The notes: generated by a model from the letters alone, not told the origin. A stretch of 64,000 bases of DNA from Lytechinus pictus (GCF_037042905.1 NC_087263.1:13330001-13394000), one strand, 5' to 3'; counted from the first letter of the stretch, positions 35,532-49,178 are shown. Translations and numbers: made by a program.

Positions 35532-35985
35532 TAAGTGTGTGTGTGTGTATGTGCGTATAAGCAAAATTTGTTGATTTTGCTTATATTTACCTTGAGTTTA
35601 TTTGAATGAAAACCTTAATAAAATATTGAAAAAAAGTGTGTAAATTGAACTGAAAGAGGGGGGTGGGGACTGGGGAGATATAGATTAAGAGAAGGAGGGA
35701 GATATATATAGATAGATAGATCGATAGATAGATAGATCGATAGATAGATAGAGAGAGAGAATTTGTTAGAAGGATAGATAGATTGATACATAGAAAGAAA
35801 GATAAATAGATAGATAAATAAATAAAGGGAGGGAGAGAGAGAGAGAGAGAGGGGGGGGGAGGGGGGGGGGGGGTAGATGGAAAGACGAACAGAGAGGGAT
35901 TGATATATGATGGATAGATTGATTGATATATAGATAAACGGATAGAGAGAGAGAGGGGGGATAGCAAGAGAGGGGGAGAGAGGTT
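35320..35985. repeat. (GA)n/(GATA)n/poly-G purine-rich microsatellite tract
   Basis: Read directly. Confidence 0.9.
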
Positions 35986-36411
35986 AGAATGAGGGAATCC
36001 CTTTTAATACTAGGGTTGTAATATGAGTCATCACCGAGTGCATAATTAATCATCGTAATGAGATAATGTGGTACAGCCGTTGGACAACAGAATAATTGTA
36101 TTCGAGAACATGATATCCTGGATATGGGCATAAGGTTTGATCGTAATTGGGCAAAGAAAAACAAAATAAAACAAGACATGAACGAGATGAATAGAGTGAA
36201 AGGGGGGGGGGGGGGGGTTGAGGGAGGGGAGGGGAGAGGGGAAAGAGAGAAGCCGAGAGGGAAATGTAAAATGGGAGTGATTGTGAGAAAGGTACTATAA
36301 GATTGGACAATAGACCATTCCATGCTAGAAGAATAAAAAAAAAAAAAACGCTTTTGCTTTAATTTGGTCAGGATTCCGACAAGAAATTATATATATATAT
36401 ATATATATATA

Positions 36412-36807
36412 CACTGCAAAAACTCCGGTGTTGATTTAACACCAGCCTGGGGAGCGTTTCATGAAAGGACTTGTCGGACGTTTCATCCGACAAGTCCCAT
36501 TTTATCCGACAGTTACCATAGTAACAGTACCTCTCAGCCAATCAACATCAGAGAAAGATGTCAGATCTGACAACTTGTCGGATGAAAATGTTGATGAAAC
36601 ACTTCCCCGGAATCTATATGTCCACACCAGAGAAGTATTGACACAACACCAGTTTGGAATCAAACCGATGCTGATTTAATACTAATTGGTGTTGTATAAA
36701 CACCTATCTGGTGTTAGACCAAAACGAAACTGGTGTTTAACACAGGCTGGTGTGGACATATATAGACTCCGGACTGGTGTTAAGTCAACACCGGAGTTAT
36801 TGCAGTG
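36412..36807. mobile_element. CACTGCAAAA-type palindromic MITE with TA duplication and a nested MITE
   Basis: CACTGCAAAAACTCCGGTGTTGATTTAACACCAG .. CTGGTGTTAAGTCAACACCGGAGTTATTGCAGTG. Family copies at 45013-45262, 46027-46851 and 49179-49385. Confidence 0.9.
36450..36606. mobile_element. PIF/Harbinger-like MITE nested in the CACT MITE
   Basis: TIR GGGAGCGTTTCATGAA / TTGATGAAACACTTCC with 3-bp flanks CTG and CCG. The empty site ACCAGCCCGGAATCT is seen at ~46056. Confidence 0.85.
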
Positions 36808-39800
36808 TACACTCAGTGCACTAAAACTCGTTTCATTCTATATCATCCACATCCTAACAATTTGAGTACAAACATATTCAATTTAATAAACTGAAAAAGT
36901 AACCAGCTCTAATTTAATGATTGAAAATGGACAATAGTGTTGTTTAATTTTGTCATAAACAAACATTTGATGAAACTCTCAAAGAACATTATAGTGAACC
37001 ATATTATTTGGAATTCATTGATGCTATATCGTTTTGTTTTCACCATGCATATAACCTTACCCATCGAAGGCTTTACAAATTGATAAATGATTTGGTTTTA
37101 TAACTTTTCGCACTCATTGAAAATTGAAACAAATTTTCCGTAAGGATCAGTTTCCCCTTTAAGGGTCATCTCGAGAAAACTTAAGTCTTAATAGCGACCG
37201 GGATATCCCTAGATTTAGATCAGAGTGACTCACTATTTCTAGAATGCATTATTAATTTAATTACGACTTGGAAGAGAAGAGGCGGCCCTTTTCAACCCCC
37301 TCTTGTAAATATGAATGCGATAAGAGCGGAAAGACGGAAGTATTAGGTTAAAAATATTCCCAAAAGTTTCAACCCCTGTTTGATAATGTTTGATGGAGTA
37401 TGTATATAGGACATAGGATGCATGCATTACGTGTTTATGAGTTTATACTTATAAAGAAAAACTATTTCGAGGATCAATTAAGTAGAGTAAAAATATATGA
37501 TTCATTATTGATTTCCCATTTTGCAAGGGGGTGATTGTGCATGTTTAGGGATTTCATTACAATAATTTGATTGCAACTTAACCCAAGAAAATGATCATAT
37601 CGTTTTCAGATAGAGAGTTTGAATAATATTTTCATGAATGCCAATGAAACAGTCTGATATTTTGATGCTAGGAGGCGATGACAAATAAAGTAAGATCGAA
37701 AATAAGAGGGGAGGGGTGAGAGAATGGTTGAAGTAGAGAGGGGGGGGGGTTAAAAAAAAATTTAATCATAACTGTGGCTTACACTCTAATAAAAAATACT
37801 TCGATTTCCACATTCTATACAAGACTTTTGTTAAAAGTGAACAAGTTCTACTTTATAGATGACAATATATTTTTTTTTGATTTGTCGAGAATGTGTTTTT
37901 TTTAACTATAATTTACTAGTTAAGTAGATTGTTTACTATATGTAAACCATTAAACGTCGGGCATTTCTGAATTAAAGCTTTATTGTTTTAATATTCATAA
38001 TTATAAGAGGAGGAAGTATTTCACATTAAAATCCCAACTTCACAGAACACATCCCCCTCCATCAACTCCCGCTGCTTCCTTTGCAACGTTCGTTGACAAA
38101 CTATCGCGCCTGCTCCACCCGCCTAGGAATCCCGCATCACCCCGTAAAAAAATCCCCTCGCAGTTCAACAATATTCTGCCTGTCAAAAACCCCAGTCCTC
38201 CTTATTCCTTACGAAATGAATGAGTCATGCTTCATCGGCGGTGTAAAAAAAAGAGGTAGACAATATTTTCCCCTTCACTCTGATTGATTTAATTACAAGT
38301 AAAGTCAATAGGCACATACGGGACTATTATATCAGAAATTACAAAATAAACAATGACATAGCTGGCCCGGATAGCTAGCTCTCGACCGACTAATTACATT
38401 GATGAGCGCCGGTGAATTACGGGGGTAATTAAGAGTTGGATACCGGTTGGATGGGCCAGTCTCTCCGACTCGTGAGTTTAATATGGGACGTTCCCTTATT
38501 GTTAGCAAGAGAAGTCGATATTCAGAGCAAGTCATGTATGGTGAAATATATTCTCCTTTTATATCATATTGGAATAAAAATCGATGGATAGATGATACAA
38601 TTCCGGGAGAAAATAATTAAATTCTGTCATAATTTTGAAGCCATATTGTCTGAAGACGGTATTTAGGAAAAGAAAGTGTGTTTAACATACGAAAAAAAAT
38701 GACTGATTAAAAGGGAAATTTGATTTAAACCAAACAAAACGCAATAGAATAATCAGTTTTTATACTGCAGAAATTACAATTATGTCTCGTAGCGTTTTGA
38801 AAAGATGGAATAAGAAAAAAAGAAGAAAAACAAAGGAAACAATCCTATACCTACATACATCGATATACAATTTGAGACTCACACTACCCACAATGCATCA
38901 TTAATAAGTAAAATGGAATTCGAACTAATCTCACTCTCTTCCCATGCTATAAAGCGACTCCCCTCTGATATTTTGCCCCATATGCCATTGTGTGCGCTTT
39001 CAAAACTTTAGCTCATTGTGACATTGTGAAGTTGAGGTTTTTTTCTTCAGATTCTTATTCATTTCGGTTTATTTTTAAAACAATATGTTTTTTATAAAAC
39101 AGTCAAAGAATTCGATCGAGGGAGAAGAAAGAACAGTGAAAAAATATAGAAGAGAGAGATAGAGATATCATGAGAAAGAAAGAAGGAGCGGGAAAGAGAG
39201 AGAAGAGCAGAAAGAGAGATACAAATGAGAGCACTTAAGGAAGGGGATTAAGAAGGAGAGGGAGAGAGAGAGACAGAGAAAGGGGGAAAGAGAGGAAGAA
39301 ATGGAGAAAATAGCAATATAATTATTCCGTTCCTATTACAATTATCATTGTACAAGACAGCCATGCAGGATCGAGCAATTACAACTCATTATTAGACTCA
39401 ATCTGGTTTTGATCATATATTGAAGTCCCTCGATAAAGTCCATTGTTCTATGCAAAGAAAGATGAAAAAAAAACCTTTATTTTTATATGCAAATAATTGT
39501 GATGAGTCAGAGATCACGTCTTCATCCCATAAGTCATAGGACTTCAATTCAAACAATCATTTTTTACTAATAAGAACAGAGAGAGCAATGATCATTCTAA
39601 TCCAATTTGTTTTCCACATTTCTTCCTCATAATGTTCATTTAGCGGACAAGTCATTTTAATGCATGAATGATTGTATCATAAATCAGCTGATATTCAAGC
39701 TCCCCGTTAGCTTTTATTCTTTTCCCTTTTCAAGTATTTTTTTTTCATTTTCTTGTGTCAATCTTAAAAATATTGGGTTATTCGTCATTTCTCATTTTTG

Positions 39801-42800
39801 AGGACAAACGGCTTAATTGTACACTGATTGCATCCTCCGTCCACTGATATTCTGATTAAGATATCCTTTTAGAAATTCATTTTATTTGTGTCATTTTGAT
39901 GACCTCTTTCTTTAAAAACGGGAAATTGACTCTTCATTGCTTAGTCATACGTACTTATACATGTAGCTGATATATTTTATACATGTATACTCTTTATCGG
40001 AAATGATATTGGAATCCGTGACGAAAAAAAGACTTCTATTGTTTATCTCTTCTCCTGTCTATTTGGTTTCAATTTCCGGANNNNNNNNNNNNNNNNNNNN
40101 NNNNNNNNNNNNNNNNNNNNNNNNNNNNNNNNNNNNNNNNNNNNNNNNNNNNNNNNNNNNNNNNNNNNNNNNNNNNNNNNNNNNNNNNNNNNNNNNNNNN
40201 NNNNNNNNNNNNNNNNNNNNNNNNNNNNNNNNNNNNNNNNNNNNNNNNNNNNNNNNNNNNNNNNNNNNNNNNNNNNNNNNNNNNNNNNNNNNNNTTGTTA
40301 TCGTTTTATTAATGTTGCTTTTGTGTTGTTCTACTTATTCTTCTTCTTCGTCGTCCCTGTCCTTCTTTTTCTTCTTCTTGTGGTTGTTTTTTATCTTCAT
40401 CTTGAGGTTGTTGTTGTTCTTCTTCTTTAATGCGCTCCCTTGCACCTTTGTTGCACTTGCAACCGACTTTAATCTTCGCCTCCCCGTCTCTCTTTCTCCC
40501 CCTATCAGTTGCTTGTCTCCCACTACCCCTCTCTCTTCTATCTACTCTATCTCTGTCAGTTCTTTTCAACTTCCTTATATTCCATCTCTCTCAACCTTCG
40601 AGTTTTCGAATTGACATTGACTCGGCCATCGTTTAATCCAACAAAGAACCACACTCCCTCTCCCATTATGGCATAATCATCGACGTCCATTTCTAGCTCC
40701 CAGTTTAAATTGACTCCAAAATGCCACGCGCTATCTTCGAGTGCGTCCATACACCGTTGATTTTAAGACGCGATGTAATCGTAACGAACGCTGTATGATC
40801 AGCACTTACGAGAAATGTCTTTTTTAAAGAGAGAAACCCTTCTCCAATATAAGGCATTTTCATTACTTTTTTATATTTTTTTAAAATAAAAGTTACCAAA
40901 TGAATTATTCCTGTTTTCCTCTTTTTATCAACACGCCAGTTTTGCGTTGTCTCCAGACAATATGTACACGTTGTTCTCTTTTGGGTTACTAATGGTTATG
41001 GTATGCAGATGTATTTTGATTAACAACATCGAATTTATGTAAATTGAGTCGGCGAGGGGGCAGGAGGGCAAGGGATCGAAACAAAAGGAATTGAACCCCC
41101 TCCTGAAATAACAAAACCAAAAAAAGTATTTGGAAGAGAGAGAAGGGGGTATTGGGACGCATGCAGGGGGTAATGTAACGTCGAAAAATCCGTATAGACA
41201 CACTCCGTGACATATACCAGTGATAGTATCAGTGGTAGTTATAATGGGTTGATCTAAGATATTTCGATGGGATTCTAAATTGGCCTCTCTGACTCATCAT
41301 TTATACCCCACTCTCTAATGCCCCAGTCACACTGCCGTAACCCGTTCCAGACCGATCAAAGCTATTACGTTAATTCGAAAGGCATGTCATCGGTCAGATC
41401 GGAGGTTGGTATCGTTAGTGTGAGTGAGGCAGAAGAGTCGAGCATTTAATTTAGCATTCAGTATCACCATATGGTAAACATTCTGCATGTGATTTCTTTT
41501 CAAAAGGATTGTTGGGTTTTAAATGGTTCTTATCGTTGTCAAACGAACAATGGACAATTCGAGTATGTATACGCTGTATGAGTAAAATAAATAGACAAAT
41601 AATTGAGAAATTTTGAGGAGGAGCAATATTAAATGATAGTTCTATTTTTTTCGTAATGCGAGAGCACAGGTTCGATAACACTCTATGAAGTTATTGAACG
41701 AAAAAACAAAAAAATGGTTAAATATAAAAAAATTAGTCAAAATTAAAAGTAGAATATGCATGTGTGTTTGGTATAGATAACATATTAAAGGAAGGAGTTT
41801 AGAAAGGAATGATGGAAGTATAGTAGTGCAACGAACCCCCCCCCAAAAAAAAAAAAAATTAAAGAAATGAGGGGCCAGACATGGCGTATCTGACGCTTGT
41901 TTTGAAAATAATGACAGCTTTTTTACAAAATGTGATTTTGTGATAGATTTTTATATAATGTTCAGGAAATATAATCCCGTTTCACCTTTTTCTTTCCTCT
42001 TCTTTTTTTTTTTTTTTGGGGGGGGGGGTGGGGGTACATGCCCCCATCTGTACGACAGTGGATAGAAGAAAGAAATGGGACCTGACGTCAGATAACTTGA
42101 TACTTCAAACTACAATTTCATGCCATGCCTCGACACAGCAACGTTATTATGTTCTGCAGTTAATCTCTCCTTAGTTCAGACTGGAGGTGGCGCTAGACCC
42201 CCCTTAACCGGCACGCATATTTTATTATAATGAGCACGAATGAGAATGTGTCGATCAATATAGTAGGCCTATGATTATTTCAGAGCAGATAATGTTGACG
42301 GTCTGATAATTTGATTTTCATGTCAAGATTTTTTTTCATTATGATACAAGATCAGGATTTCATACCTTATAAGGGGAAGAGAGTAGAGAGAAAAAGGTGT
42401 TTATTTCAATTCTTTAGGCAGATAGGGGTTAAACAAATTGAACGAATTCTACGTTGCAGGGAGGGATGAATGAGTAAACCAGTCTAATTGATGTTCAAAA
42501 ACACACCTGACTTTTTAGAAGACTGGCAGAAGAGTGGAAGGAAGTAAATGATGAAAAAAGGAAGAAAAAAAGAGAGCAATGCAGGAGGCATCCCTACAGA
42601 AAGCGATGCTATGTCGAATTCGAACTGACATCCTATAATGGTCATCGGTCCTGTTTTTCGATCACAGGAAGACTAGGCTGATGGACTATAAAGAGATTTA
42701 TTTTGACAATCTCGCATTCCAACTTCTTCATTTTAGCTTCACGCTCCGATTTCACCAATTCACCTTTTCAACCCCACGTATATTACAATGCATCGGACTA

Positions 42801-45012
42801 TGAAAACTAGTACGCGTGGCGTTCACATTAAAAGCGAGCGCGGCGCCTCTTTACTCGCAGCGCCACTGCAAGTAACGTCGCATTACACACATAATACACA
42901 CTCCGTACCGCATTGAGTGGCACATGCTATTAATACTTTTGAGATAGGTGAACGATTCTGGATAACGGGTGCTGGGCAGTGCTCGATGCAGTGATGTGGA
43001 AATGCGAATTCCGTACATGCAAAGTGCAGTACGGGCCACTACGAGGTTATTCCCCGGTGGTCGAGCATTATTAGGACATGATAATTGATCCCCGTGTCAT
43101 CACTATGCGGGAAGTGAATATGATTTTAAAGATCAGATCGTGTCCTTTTCTTCCCCTGGCAATGACATATTTCATTCGGACTTGAATTTGGATTAGCGTG
43201 AATTCGCGGAAGCTTAACATATCTCATACTTCGATCTAAAGAACGAAGACGAAACCCTTTTGACTTAGTCCTTCTTTTCTATGCATTGTACGTGTTGTAA
43301 TGTACTTACAGGTGCATCTCGCCGCATGTTTTTGCTTTCAGGGACTTACGCCTTTTTCTTTTTGGCAAACTTATTTTGTATAAATTTAGATTTTTATAAA
43401 ATAGCATGAAGAAATTTGTGAAATGGAAGAAAGTAAAATAAATGTTTATCAGAAAAAATATAAAACATTTCATCTCGCCAGGTCACCTTAAATGTCTCAT
43501 GCCTCATGTCGACTTAATGTGACGGAGGCTAAACAAAAGAAAGACGCATGAAATATTGGTTGACTATATTTTTGCGTCATTATGTTTTGTCTCAGTCAAA
43601 TTGTATTAGTTGTCTAAAATTTAAAAGCGTCTAATATAAGTAAACTTATCATCACGATATAATTTTTTTTTCTTAAACTGTAATTCAATCTTCATATGAA
43701 ATGAACAGTCATGTCATTATTATCCATTTTCCAATAACACGATGATGGCATTTAGCTGCAAAATGATTCTTTGTTCATGTTACTTAATCTATTTCATTTA
43801 CTGTCTTGAACGTTTTTTTAATTTTTTTCAATTTCTAACCGCTGCAAAGTGTTGATATAAATATTTTAGGTGTTTTTGTTTCTTTGTGTATACCATACTT
43901 TTCCCTTCGCAGCCCCCTCTCTATACCGCAACGCAGGTATGAATCGGTCACTGACCGGGACCATCTAAAAACAAGCCTACTTTAAATCAGATATTTCATG
44001 CTTTTCTCGAATCATCGAATCATGCGCGTGAGAGCTCAAGCGAGCGGACTGCCATGATTCGAAAGGGGCGCCGGAAAAAGTAGAAGGCATTTTAGCTGCA
44101 AGTTCACGGGCGATGTTGGAGTTAGGGTATTGCACCCGTTAGCTCACGCACGCGTGCTTTCGCAAAACGCCCCCTTTCATTCTCACCGAGCGAAAAAGGT
44201 CTTTCTGATGGCAGCTGAAATTCATTTATCAGTGACATGGCACGTGGAGTACGGGAGTCTCTCATAAACGGTGGATTTGGGATTCAAAGAATAAGAGAGG
44301 GATTTATGATTGGTTTGACATGATAATAGTAGATGAAAACTTTCCATACAAGGAAGGAAAGAAAATTGAATAGTCAGAGTAAAATGGTTTATTAAACGAA
44401 AGATAGTAGGCTGAATTACATATTTTAATACAATGAAAAACATGAAAGCATAACGTAACATGAGTCACAAAAGTATCACCACAAAAAAAAAAAATCAAAC
44501 AAATAAACCAATAAAGTATTGTCGAATGAATTATCATTATGACATTGTAATCAATAGTAAGTTATTTACAAAGTTTAATAAAAAAATGGACAATAAAACG
44601 ATGTCAATAGTCCACTGACGACAAAACCTTAAAATGTAATACCAGAGACAGAGAGAAAAGAACGGGCAAGGAAAGAAGAGGAAGAAATAGAGAGATAAAT
44701 AAGGGGGGGGGGGGAGGACGCAAGCGACATATAAATGATCTACGTAAGATGTGAATATATTCCGTAGAGAGACAGAGAAAGAGATGAAAACAAATGAACG
44801 GAAAGAAAAAGTGATAGGAAAGTGACAAGGAGTAAAATAGGAATATGGATAAAGCGACAGATAGAGAGAAAGGGGCAGTAATAAAGAGGGTTACAAAACA
44901 GTTAACATAAAAATGGAGGGATGTATAGAAAACAAGGTGAAGGGAATGAGATATAAATATTAGGGTATTATAGTACAAGACATTCTCAAGAATCAAGCTA
45001 TGTAATATTCGA

Positions 45013-45262
45013 TACACCGGTGTTGATTAAACACCAGCCCGGTATCGATATCGGTCCACACCAGAGAGGTGTTGTAACAATGCAGTGACAATCAAATCAA
45101 TCAGTTAAGAATCAAACCGATATTGGTTTAACACTAATTGGTGTTGCTTTAAATGCCAAAATGGTGTTAGCCTAACGCCAAATCGGTGTTGTTTCAACAC
45201 CTCTCTGATGTGGACCGATATAGATACCAGACTGGTGTTAAATTAACTCCGCGTTTTTTGCA
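45013..45262. mobile_element. CACT-type MITE (left end eroded)
   Basis: Near-identical to 49179-49385. Confidence 0.8.
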
Positions 45263-45319
45263 TACACATGCGGGATAAATACTGATGCGATCATCTGTGT
45301 TAGATATGAAATCACTCTG

Positions 45320-45503
45320 CAGACATCTGGAATGACATAAGGTCTCAGGTCTCGTATTTAAGAAAGCAATCACATCCCATACTTTTAAATGGATGATAAA
45401 CGTTACATATATACAGACATCTGGAATGACATAACGTCTCAGGTCTTTAAGCTAAGATAGCGTTAATATTCCATACTTTAAATGGGTGATAAACGTTCCA
45501 TAT
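45320..45503. repeat. Two-copy ~93-bp tandem duplication
   Basis: CAGACATCTGGAATGACATAA.GTCTCAGGTCT..CCATACTTT(T)AAATGG.TGATAAACGTT occurs twice. Confidence 0.9.
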
Positions 45504-45545
45504 CTCAACCTACTTACACTCTTTTAGCCCATCTTATAGCTTCCT

Positions 45546-45718
45546 GGTGGGTGTTTTATAAAGCTGTTCGTAGAGTTACGCACAACTTTACGCACGACTG
45601 GAACATGATATTAGGTCCTAACTCATTACATAGGGATATATCACTTGGCATGAGAAAGGATCACCAGTCGTGCGTAAAGTCATTCGTATCTTATGAACAG
45701 CTTTATGAAACACCCACC
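45546..45718. mobile_element. PIF/Harbinger-like MITE
   Basis: GGTGGGTGTTTTATAAAGCTGTTC .. GAACAGCTTTATGAAACACCCACC. Confidence 0.85.
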
Positions 45719-46026
45719 AGGCTAGAAAGAACACTATGTCACACACTGTGTTCACGATTTCCTATTAACACAATGAATTACAGAATACACCATTTATTAA
45801 ATCTGTAAAGAAGTTATTTTTTTTCAACAGGATTTCATTTCATATCCTTTCCTTTAATTTCATTAACTTGTCAAGATTTTTTTTTCATACCGGGACTACC
45901 TAACCCCGATTTTCCGTTTCATTTTATTTCCTATTCTCCCATTTTTCTTAGTCGTAAAACTTTTTGCAGCCATGGCCCCAAGCCCCCGCCTGTAAACCCG
46001 TGATACTACTACTACTACTACTACTA

Positions 46027-46851
46027 CACTGCAAAAACTCCGGTGTTGATTTAACACCAGCCCGGAATCTATATTTCCACACCAGAGAAGTGTTTAACAA
46101 CACTAGTTTCGTTTTGGTCTAACACCAGATAGGTTTTTATACAACACCAATTAGTATTAAAACAGCATCGGTTCGATTTCAAACTGATGTTGTTTCAATA
46201 CTTCTCTGGTGTGGACATATATAGATTCCGGGCTGGTGTTAAAGGGATGGTCCAGGCTGAAAGTATTTATCGTCTAATAAATAGAGTAGAATTCACTGAG
46301 CAAAATGCCGAAAATTTCATCAAAATCGGATAACAAATAACAAAGTTATTGAATTTTAAAGTTTAGCAATATTTTGTGAAAACAGTCGTCATGAATATTC
46401 ATTAGGTGGGCTGGTGATGTCACATCTCCACTTGTTCTTTTGTATTTTATTATATGAAATTAGGTTTATTCAAATGTTTTCCTCCAAGAACTAGAAAAAA
46501 TGGATTGACAACTGATTTAGTGCATTAGATATTTATTGCTGCAACTTATGTCATTATAAGGGAGACATATTATTCACACAAGTATGAAATAATGAAAAAA
46601 AAATATGATTTTATGTAATAACGTAAGAAAACGGAAAGTGGGGATGTGACATCATCAGCCCACCTAATGAATATTCATGACTGTTTTCCCAAAATATTGC
46701 TAAACTTTAAACTTCAATAACTTTATTATTTGTTATCCGATTTTGATGAAATTTTCGGCATTTTGGTCAGTAAATTCTACTCTATTTATTAAGATATAAA
46801 TATTTTCAGCCCGGACCATCCCTTTAAATCAACACCGGAGTTTTTGCAGTG
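46027..46851. mobile_element. CACTGCAAAA-type MITE inserted at a TA in (CTA)n, carrying a nested Kolobok-like MITE
   Basis: Termini CACTGCAAAAACTCCGG / CCGGAGTTTTTGCAGTG; the right arm is split at TTAA. Confidence 0.9.
46243..46823. mobile_element. Kolobok-like MITE, TTAA duplication, ~190-bp inverted arms
   Basis: TTAA|AGGGATGGTCCAGGCTGAAA .. TTTCAGCCCGGACCATCCCT|TTAA. Removing it restores the host GGTGTTAAATCAACACC. Confidence 0.92.
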
Positions 46852-47288
46852 TACTACTACTACTACTAATACTGCTGCTGCTACTACTACTACTACTACT
46901 ACTGCTACTACTACTACTACTACTACTACTGCTACTACTACTACTTCTACTACTAGTGGGTGCGTCGTGGTCTAGTGGTTCTGACTCTCGCCTTTGAAAC
47001 AGTGGGTCGTGGGTTCGAATCGTAGCCATGGCGTATTTTCCTTCAGCAATAAATTTATCAACTGTGCTGCACTCGACCCAGGTGAGGTGAATGGGTACCC
47101 GGCAGGAGTAATTCCTTGCATGCACTGAGCGCCGGTGATGATAGCTCGAGCTAAAACCGGGGTAATAATAGCAGCGCTTTGTATCCTCTGGCAAAAAGCG
47201 CTTTATAAATCCAGCTATTAGTAGTAGTAGTAGTAGTAGTAGTACTACTACTATTATACTGCTGCTACTACTTCTACTGCTACTACTT

Positions 47289-47326
<38 letters not shown>

Positions 47327-47385
47327 GCTACTGCTGTTGTTAGTACTACTACTACTACTCCTACTAATTACATTGCTACTAATAA
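46852..47385. repeat. (CTA)n/(TAG)n microsatellite surrounding a SINE
   Basis: Read directly. Confidence 0.9.
46956..47222 (+). mobile_element. tRNA-derived SINE
   Basis: A box TGGTCTAGTGG, B box GGTTCGAATC, core ..AATGGGTACCCGGCAGG, 3' AGCGCTTT..AAAGCGCT stem. Confidence 0.9.
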
Positions 47386-49178
47386 CGCGCGGGGTTTACA
47401 AACCAAAATACCTTCCGCTAATTCTACAAGTTTTCTTTCTAGTTAGAGTAATATCACAACCAAACATGTTTTGAATTTTGCTTGGAAAATGTTATATAAT
47501 GGAAAATGAAGAGTTTCTTGTATCAACAGAACAGCCGGAAAAAAAACCAAAACGAGAACCACAACAACAAACTGCAAGAAAATGCATTAAAACAACGCAC
47601 GAACAATAAATACATTTGAACACGTTTAACACTTCCGACTATTTCATTATTCATGTCTTAAAATCAATGCATGAATGTATCATTCTATCCCCTCTTACTC
47701 TTTCAGAAACTTGAACTAAAACTATGAATTAGCGATACCTTATGCGGACCCATTAATTGAGTCATTATTAGATACATTAAGCACATGGAGACAGATCGTC
47801 TGCACGGATAGAACTATGCCAATTTTTAATCTCAGTTTCGGCGCCAAATTCTCAGCGCTCGCGAAGACAAGTACAGCTAGTACGAGACAGATTCCATTAA
47901 GTGGTATGAATTTCATCCAACTATACTTTTATCTTTTAATTTCTCTCACTTACAATTGAAACAAAATTGATTTCACTTTACTGTTGATTGAAATATGAAA
48001 TTACTCATAAAGCTCGAAGGTCGTTTTCCGCGATCCCGATGAAATTCCATCTCACTTTTTTTATTTGCGTTTTAAAAAGAGAGTGTGCAACATTAACAGT
48101 GAGTCACATGTTTACTAGTGAATGTGTATGGAAAGAGGAAAGAGCACACCTTTGATTTCGGAGAGGCCCCACACCCCAACACGGGCCCCTACTCTGCTGA
48201 GAGAGTAGTCGTTGGCTCGCGACAGCCCGGCGCCGTCCCGGCCAACTTCGCCCAGACGCGGTGGCGCCTTGCATCTCATTCACAATGCTCGCGTGAACAA
48301 AACGGTCACTCACTTCGCAGAGGAAAGTGCCACAAGTCGTTCGGGGCAAAGCGTTGTCAAATTTTGTTTTTCTCCTAAAATGGAAAACTTTCTTCAACTC
48401 TTCAAGTCCCCGACTTTTTGTCATGTAATGTACAATAAATTTGTAAAATGTACTGCATTTTCCCATTACAAAGTAAAACCGCTGTTTAAGATGTCAAAGA
48501 CGCCGTTTGATATATGAATCTCACAGGAGTTGTTTAAACAGTTTAAACAAGTGTTTGATATCTGAAACAACAAAGTTTAATTTTCAATGTTGAGTTCTCA
48601 ATAAATTAAGCATGGTTGTTTAATCTTTAAACAACTACTGTAAGGTCCATACAGGAAACATGTATAGTATTCTATGCAGCGTTTTCAGTGTGTAGTCCCG
48701 AGGAGCATTAAATGAATTAAGATAAAAATGAATTAAATTGTATACATTAATTTTACATAATCATCAATTATTATAACAAACTTATTCAGATTTCATACAA
48801 CAAAAAAAGAAAAACAAACAGAAAAACTTGCAATGTGCTTGCACTGCTTTTTAATCACAACAGTGGATACATTATGTGTAAGCAATGTTTCATTATGAAA
48901 TAATGATCAAAGTCATGATAATTATCTTACCTCAAAAGTTCTGATTCATCTTGGATAATACATTTTCCGATCCTCAGACAATTATTGCAATTTTTCATCT
49001 CCATGTTTATTAGCTCCTATTTCAGGGAAATTTTCTGAAACAAAAACAATTTTCTCTTGTATTCATAATGCTAGAAAGATGGTCAAATTGCATTTGCAAT
49101 TACTAGGGCATGGTAGGTCAATTACGATCCGAATTTAACATTTCAAAATATTTATGAAGGTACATTCCAGGGACGTTA

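Noticed and set aside
41530-41555. TCGTTGTCAAACGAA resembling miR-981
   Set aside because: Partial match from memory only, the 3' end diverges, and I see no precursor hairpin.
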